From Octopus sinensis (taxonomy: Eukaryota): a stretch of 64,000 nt of DNA. The notes below the pieces were generated by a model. It saw nothing but the letters and a program-made list of their open reading frames with translations, searched no databases and had not been told where the DNA came from. Each line of letters begins with the position of its first letter. The first letter of the stretch is position 1. This document shows positions 56,660-64,000 of this stretch, piece by piece. The stretch spans positions 42,718,001 through 42,782,000 of the forward strand of contig NC_043012.1 of the NCBI RefSeq assembly GCF_006345805.1, read 5' to 3'. A program made the translations under genes and the position numbers.

Positions 56660-58925
56660 ATTGTTGTTATCATTACTATTATTATTATTATTCAGTAGTT
56701 TTATTTTCATAGCGTGCTTTCACTTCACTACCGAGCGCAGCTCTGTGTGCCTTGGGTATGTGCTGTGATTTGTTGTGATGCTCTGATGGTTACTGTATTG
56801 AAAGTGTTTTGCATACGATGTGTGCAGTGCCTAGTAGTGCAATTTTCTGTATGTTATATGTGTTTGTAAGTCCTGGTGTTTTTGTTATGTATTTGTCTGA
56901 ATATTTTTTTATCATGCCTAATGCGCCTACTATGATAGGAATTGTTTCTGGTTTTAGATTCCACATTCTAGTTACCTCTATTTCCAGATCTTTGTATTTT
57001 GAAAGTTTCTCCATTTCTTTTAGAGACACGTTGTCATCTGCTGGTATTGATACATCAATTAGAAAGCATTTTTTTTCTTCATGATCTCTGACAACTATAT
57101 CTGGTCTGTTGGCCTTAATTTCTCTATCTGTGTGTATTGGCATATCCCAGAGTATGGTTGCTTTCTCGTTTTCTGTGACCTTTTCTAGTGTGTCCCTATA
57201 CCATCTTTTTTGTTGTTATTCCATAATGTTGGCATAGCTTCCAGTGTATGTAGGTCCCAACTCTGTCATGTCTGTGAATATATTCCTTCTTAGCCAGGAC
57301 TGGGCAGCCAGAGATAATATGATATATTGTTACTTGTCCATCTCCACATATTCTGCAGTTACTTGTTAGATTTCTTTTCATTACATGCTTTTGGTAATTT
57401 CTGGTGGGGAGGCTTTGGTCTTGTGCTGCAATTAAAAATCCCTCTGTCTCTGCTTTGAGTCCTGAGCTTCTCAACCACTGCTGGGATTTTTCTTTGTCTA
57501 TTTCTTTTGCATTTAGTTTAGTCCAGTACTTGCCATGAAGGGGCTTTTCTTGCCATTGTTTTATCATGGTCCGTTGCTGTTCTAGTTTTAGTTTTGATTT
57601 CATTTGCTTTATAGCTTTTGTTGTGTCTTCTTCTTCTTCGTATTTGTTAGGTGGTATGATTTCTGTTTGTATTTGTCAGCTTCCTTAAATACTGAGAACA
57701 GTTTTTTGTTTTGCTCATGTTTTGCCGCTATTTGTATCAGTTTTCCTTGCTTCTGAAGTAAGTATTTTTGCAGTCCCATGGTGGTTATTTTATAATAGTT
57801 TTCCAGCTTTATAAGGCCTCTACCACCTTCTATACGTTGTATATATAGTCTTTCTATGTCAGATTTTGGGTGATGCATCCTAGATCCTGTCATTATTTTT
57901 CTTGTTTTCCTATCTATTTTGGTTAGTTCATTTAGCGTCTAGTTAAGGATATTGTAGCTGTAACTTATAACTGGGACGGCTAAAATGTTAATACCTATTA
58001 TCTTGTTTTTAGCATTGAGCTCTGTTTTTAGTATTGATCTAACTCATCTATAGTATTCTTTCTTTATTTTCTCTTTCATTTGTGTGTTGTATCATATCAA
58101 GTTCATGGATTCCTAAATATTTGTAAGTTTGGCTTTGGTCTAATTCTCTTATTTCATTGGCTTTATCTAGTGTGATGTTGCTACTCTTAACTAGTTTTCC
58201 TCTTTTCAGGGTTACTTTGGCGCATTTTTCTAATCCAAATTTCATATCTATTTCTTTGGTAAATCCATGAACTGTCTTTAGTAGTGTTTCCAGCTGTTTG
58301 TCATTTGTAGTGTATAGTTTTAGGTCATCCATATATAAAAGGTGGCTGATCGTTTTGCCGTAACATTTATATCCGCATCCAGTTCTATTTAGCATATCAG
58401 ATAGAGGTGACAGTGCGAAGCAGAAAAGGAGTGGAGAGAGCGTGTCTTCCTGGAATATTCCTCTTCTAATGGGGATGGCTTTGGTTTTCATGAGTCCCTC
58501 TTTTGTTTGGAGCTGTAGCACTGTCTGCCATTTATTCATAGTGTCCTATGTATTTTATAATTATTGGTGCTACCTTGTTAATGGCTAGTGTTTCGAGGAT
58601 CCATGTGTGGGGGATGCTATCAAACGCCTTTTTGTAGTCGATCCAGGCCATACTGAGGCCTTTCTTCTTTCTGTGGCTGTCTTCAGTTATGGCTTTATTG
58701 ATCATTAGCTGATCTTTACAGCCATATGAGCCTTTGCGCCATCCTTTCTGCTCTTCTGGAAACAGGTTGTTTTCGTCCAGGTGCTTGTTCAATCTTTGTG
58801 ATATTACTGCAGTAAATGCTTTGTACGTTGTAGGGAGACAAGTTATAGGTCTGTAGTTTTCTGGTTTTGCCGTTTCATTGGATTTTGGAATTAAGATGGT
58901 TTTCCCCTTATTTAATATCCATGTT
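56660..58925 (-). mobile_element. R4/Dong-clade non-LTR retrotransposon (RT + CCHC + PD-(D/E)XK nuclease), 5'-truncated, frameshifted
   Basis: NYRPITCL, WIDYKKAFDS, GIFQEDTLSP, LYMDD, CRICG...HIISGC, ANRPDIV...CFLIDVSIP; 3' end runs into (TAA)n at 56660-56692. Confidence 0.9.
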
Positions 58926-59242
58926 GACATGGTTTGGACAGTTTGACAGGAGCTAGCCAGTCAGGACTATACCAAGCTATCTTTTTTGGCATGGGTTTAC
59001 AGTTGAATGCCCTTTCTAGTGCTAACCTCTTTACAGAATGGACTGAGTGCTTTTTACATGGCAGCAAGTAATTCACAAGTAGTACTGAAAGAAGTGGCTT
59101 TGTGCCAGATGGTGAGAGTGGCAGTATATCAATGATACAATTTGCAGGGGAAGAACAGAAGAGAGATATGGCTTGGAGGCATTGGGAAGTCAGGGGCAAA
59201 GTGCATGAGGAGATGTGGTGGGGACATACATTTATAAGTATA

Positions 59243-60076
59243 CTAGCAGAATTGCCCGGCGTTGCTCGGGGCTGAATTACTTGAAAGTACTGTTAATGAT
59301 TGCACTGAATGATGACGATTATTCAGGCAAATATTGATATAAGTTTACGCTGGGAGATAAGGACTTAACGATCAAACGTGTGCCATTGCATTGTTTTGGG
59401 GGAACCAAATTTCTGATGAGCATTATAGGGGTACCAACTTTAAGTTTGAGAATGTGTGGTGGTAGTCCGGGTGCTCAAAGGAATTGAGTACCTCTATTGG
59501 ATAGTTGATGACGTCCTCTGGGTCAGGAGTTGTATCGATAGACTGATATACATAGACTTCCCCAGGAATGAGTTTTAGCATTTCATCATTAATATGGTGA
59601 ACAGTTTTATTCCTTGGGGCCAGTATAGCCTTTTTGCCAATCCAATCCATATTCTGATAATTAGCTTGTAGATCTTGGAACACTGCATCTCTGAGATCAG
59701 AAGGCGTCTTAACAATGGTACAAATGGAATCGATGGCAATATTACCATTTTCATCCCCTGGTATTTTGCCTTCGCCAAGTGCAATGAGGGTGTGAGGAAA
59801 TGCTGCTGATGTGATATTATGTCGCATATGAGCACGCATATTGGTGTGAAGTTTGAGAGTTACTTCCCTTAATTTTAAAAAAATGCATTAAAATGGGAAA
59901 AAATGATGGTAAATTATTTGTAAAATCGTAGACGCGCGCTAATACCCAGAAGGGCTCGATATGAATCACGACTATAAGATACTCGGTTTTGGTTAAACTG
60001 CATCGCAAAATGTGGGAGTAGTTACGAATCTAAATCGGAGTAGACAGACACACAACCTTTCTTTTATATATAAAGA
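59243..60076 (-). mobile_element. Non-autonomous Helitron (family A) with PIF1-like helicase remnant
   Basis: 5' A|TC at 60076-60075; 3' hairpin CCCGAGCAACGCCGGG + CTAG|T at 59246-59243; ORF 59423-59839 near-identical to 23271-23765. Confidence 0.88.
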
Positions 60077-60570
60077 TTTTCGTCCTAAAAAACTTTGTAT
60101 GGAGTGAATGGTTACCTCTATGGAAATATATACACACACATTATACATACATGTGTGTATAGATGAATATATAAATACATTTAAATATCTATATACACTT
60201 TTGGGCGATCTTTCTGCTTCTTAGAGATAACTTTAGATGTTATTTTCGTCCTAAAATACTTTGTGCGGAGTGAATGGTTACCTCTATGGAAATATATACA
60301 CACACATTATACATACATGTGTGTATAGATGAATATATAAATATATTTAAATATCTATATACACTTTTGGGCGATCTTTCTGTTTCTTAGAGATAACTTT
60401 AGATCTTATATTCGTCCTAAATAACTTTGTATGGAGTGAATGGTTACCTCTATGGAAATATATACACACATATTATACATACATGTGTGTGTCTATATAC
60501 ACTTTTGGGCGATCTTTCTGCTTCTTAGAGATAACTTTAGATGTTATATTCGTCTTAATAACTTTGTATG
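60077..60570. repeat. ~166-bp tandem repeat, about 3 copies (third shortened)
   Basis: CGTC(C/T)TAA unit starts at 60081, 60247, 60413, 60551. Confidence 0.9.
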
Positions 60571-60804
60571 AATTGAAAAAGAAAATGAATTGAAATTCTA
60601 AAAGAAAGGAATTTGTTTACATACATGTGTAAAATGGCAAATGTTTGTGCAGTTGTCTGATGGAACTGATGTATTATAATGAATAGTCCTCCTTCTTGTG
60701 AATATTAATTTGATTAATATGAACTGAAAACCAGTGGTGTAGCATAGGTGATCTTCTAGCAAAAAGGATGACCAGTCTGAATGGGTCATCCCTGTCACAC
60801 ACAC

Positions 60805-60835
<31 letters not shown>

Positions 60836-61768
60836 CACACACGTTAGCTTACAATGTCTGTCAACAATTGACACTGTCGTATATATTAGTGTGTCTATGT
60901 GTCTAAAGAGGAAGTGGGAGTAATAGGCAGAGTAAAGGCTTCAAAGTGAAATGTTAAAATATTGAGTTTTCCCGAATTTTGTCTTAATTGGGGATGAAAT
61001 TGAAAGAAATTTTGTATGGCATGACCCAATAGAAGTTCTTTGAAAAATCATAGGTAAAGTCTAATTGAAGAAATTGTGTGAGGAGTAAATCGTTATGTAT
61101 TTATTTGTTTCTGTTTGCTGCTTTTTTTTTTTTTAGTAGTGTTGTAAGGTAGACTTGCAAAGAGAAAGTCATAGAAATGAGAGTGATAGCGTGAGTGAAT
61201 CAGATCCCTCCCTTTGTGTGTGTGTGTGTGCGAGTGCTGTAACCCACACTAAGAAATGCATTTGACTTATACACCACAATGTGAGTTTTCTCTAAATTTT
61301 GCTTAATTGGGGTTGAAATTTTAAAAACTGGACCTGGCACGACCCGATGCATTCTATTCTTAAAAATGCTAGGTAAATTGTAATTGAAGAAATCCTATAT
61401 TGTAGATTTCTATAAGATACAAAGGGAGGCAGATAAAATCTGCCTTTTATAATAAGAGATAAATATATATATATATATATTAAGAACAAACTTACTTAGA
61501 AATGGATGCATGCGTTCTGTCGTGTAATAACAAATTAATAAATAAAACATATGCATATATACATACATATATGTACGTACCTACATCTACATGCATATAT
61601 GGATACAGGACACCAAAAAAACGTTGAACACAATGAGAAACGAAAACATAAACACAAAACCAAGGAACTGGACATTTTTCTTAAACAACGTAAAAATAGA
61701 GTACAGGACATATAACACAAGGAAAATTCCCCTTCTTCAGTTGCCATGGTTTCATCTACTCCGTGTTT

Positions 61769-61809
<41 letters not shown>

Positions 61810-61819
61810 CACATAGATA

Positions 61820-62030
61820 GATAGATATAAATGACAGGCTTCTTTCAGTTTCCATCAATCGAATCCACTCACAATGCTTTGATCAGCCAAGAACTATAGT
61901 AGAAAAATGTTCAGTCCCACTATGTTGCACCTTGGTGCAACATAGTGGGACTGAACATGGAACTATGTAGTTGGGAAGCAAACTTCCATACCACACAGCT
62001 ACAGCTTAATTCAGTAATTTATAAACTGAA
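61820..62030 (-). mobile_element. tRNA-derived SINE with internal inverted duplication
   Basis: Reverse complement of the family at 63455-63600; 25-bp perfect hairpin 61907-61958. Confidence 0.7.
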
Positions 62031-62295
62031 GAAGTCCTTAGTTTCCACTTCCAAAACACAAGTTCTATCACCATCTAATTTCACAAACTTATCTTGGTCC
62101 AGTTGAAACTGAATAGCATGTTATGTTGAAAATGTATTGCATCAAAAGAAAGGAAACTTGCACTATAATTTACTCAACTATACAGTCTTTATTCTGATTA
62201 ACTTACAATCTCTTTTCTAAATAAAAGAGAATGAAAAATACTTTCAGAATGTATGAAAGGGAATTACTATATAACTTGTCATTTTTACATAAATA

Positions 62296-62455
62296 TTATT
62301 TTTTAGCGCTTTTACAATATTTAGCTTCAAGAGAAGCAATAGTACTATTAAAGTTGTTGGCTCTTCTTTTCAATATTTGACTTTCAAGTGAATTTTCACT
62401 GTTCAACCCAAGTTTCTTTTTCATTTCTTCAGCTTCTTTTGCTTCCATTTCAAAT
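62296..62455 (-). CDS. DNAJC9: Terminal coding exon of a DNAJC9-like J-domain/histone co-chaperone gene; upstream exons not found in the window
   Basis: EAKEAEEMKKKLGL....SLESQILKRR....STIASLEAKYCK resembles the DNAJC9 C-terminus (EAKEAE..RKELGL...SL...I..R......LEAKYCK); acceptor TTTTGTTGCAG| at 62456; TAA at 62296-62298; AATAAA at 62188-62193 (minus). Confidence 0.65.
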
Positions 62456-63454
62456 CTGCAACAAAAGAATTTAGATTTAGTATCAAATTTATTATACAAG
62501 TTGAACAATTAAAAGCACAGCTTATCACAATGGATATTCAAACATTCATCTTTGTAGCAGGACCCATAAATATTTCAAGGAATATTTCTGAAAACTTTAT
62601 CCAAAAAACCTGAAAGCATAGCTTGTGTTGTGTCTATATAGAAAGCTAGTCATTTATCTGCTGCTCACTGAAAAGTGAAAGAAATTGGAATATGACGATT
62701 ACTTAATGCACTTTATATTCTTTATGCATAATCTTACAGACTTAATACATAGCACTCATAAAATAAATATTCACTCTTATTTTTCCATTTTCCCCCACAA
62801 ACAAAAAATCTCATACATATGATACAACCTTCAGTTAAATTACATATATCTGCCACATAAATAAGTGTGAATATTTCACAGAATTGTACTTGTGCGCATG
62901 CATTAAGTAATAGGTGATATAAAAAAATTAGTTCAATTTTCACTATCCAATCACCTCCACCTCTCTCTGCCTTAATCAGAACATTACCCCTCTGCTAAAA
63001 TTATATTTTTAACTCTCCCCCTCTACCTTCAATGAACTTTTTTAACTATGTAATAGATATTATGTTCCCCCACCTCACATCATGGACGCTTCTCTCTTCC
63101 TCTTTGCCTTATCCTCTTTTTCTCTCTCCTATTTTTCCCTTCAACTAATCACATGAAAACATTACAATTACATTCCCTCTACCTGTCATGGACACTTCTC
63201 TCTCCCTCTTTTTCTCTTATCACATGAAAGTGTTACTGACAGGCTAAGTAACACAATGACAAGCAGAATTATTATAAGATGTGACAGGCTACAATGGATC
63301 TGTTTACTGAATTCTTCTGTTCCATCCCTGTCCTTCCCCTATCAGCATGGCTTTCCTGTGGAGCCCAAATTTGCAATGTTGCTTTCAAACTCAATTACAC
63401 TGATGTAATTGAGCCCCATCAAAGATTTTATATTCTTAGGAATTATTTGTTAAC

Positions 63455-63730
63455 ACAGGTATGGCCTGTGGTAAGAAGTTAGGTTCCCAGCAACATGGTT
63501 CTGAGTTCAGCCCCACTGCATGGCACCTTGGGCAAGTGACTTCTACTATAGCCTCAGACTGACTGAAGCCTTGTGAGTGGATTTAGTAGACAGAAATTAA
63601 AAGAAACCTGTTATATGTGTGTTTGCCTCCATCACTGCTTGACAACCAGTGTTGGTGTATTTACATCCCTGTAACTTAGCAGTTCGGCAAAAGAAACCAA
63701 TAGAATAAGTACCAGCTTAAAAAATAAGTT
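63455..63730 (+). mobile_element. tRNA-derived SINE (OR/OK-like)
   Basis: GTGGTAAGAAG...GAGTTCAGCCCCACTGCATGGCACCTTGGGCAAGTG head, then CTTGACAACCAG...AGAATAAGTACC body. Confidence 0.7.
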
Positions 63731-63814
63731 AGTTTTCCCTGTGCCATGAGGCACATAAGCAACAACACAATCTCTCCAACTAGCTCTGTTTTCTGCCACT
63801 ATTCTGGTCTCTTT

Positions 63815-64000
63815 CCACATTCAGATAGTGCTTTTTACATGCCACTGGCACAGGTATCACAACTGCAATTTCCATTTGATTTTCATTTTGATGTTGATGT
63901 ACTTGACGCAATAGTTCTCCTCAAGCACAGCAGGTCGTCCTATGATCCAAGGTAAGCACAGCAGGTCGCCCTACAATCCAAGGTACTTTTGAATGGGCTG
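63815..64000 (-). mobile_element. RTE 3' UTR fragment, cut by window edge
   Basis: GTGCTTTTTACATGCCACTGGCACAGGTATCAC...CTCCTCAAGCACAGC matches 4915-5025. Confidence 0.65.

Overview
AT-rich, microsatellite-dense animal genomic DNA made almost entirely of transposable elements. The repeat families (RTE LINEs with GAT tails, OK/OR-like tRNA SINEs) suggest a coleoid cephalopod such as Octopus; this is an inference. Contents: about ten RTE-clade LINE copies, one with a nearly intact 990-aa APE-RT ORF whose RT carries an inserted PHD finger; three members of a compact LTR-retrotransposon lineage; a solo LTR; a Gypsy pol remnant; R4/Dong-type non-LTR remnants; an AcademX-type DNA transposon interrupted by a Tc1/mariner; further mariner and Tigger remnants; non-autonomous Helitrons; two foldback/MITE elements; SINEs; and Penelope-type hammerhead ribozyme motifs. 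The only probable host-gene sequence is a DNAJC9-like terminal exon (62296-62455, minus strand). Most notable observation: both LTR elements that retain a 5' LTR, although their LTRs are not alignable by eye, carry the same 12-mer AGCTATTTCGGC directly after the LTR. It is the reverse complement of nucleotides 1-12 (the 5' end, not the 3' CCA end) of metazoan tRNA-Phe(GAA), which suggests priming by a 5' tRNA fragment. The same lineage shows a GGGAAAC -1 frameshift site with a pseudoknot and a conserved dyad before the polypurine tract. Also notable is a perfect 154-bp palindrome carrying a hammerhead ribozyme motif on each strand. All calls were made by eye and from the ORF track; no database searches were run.
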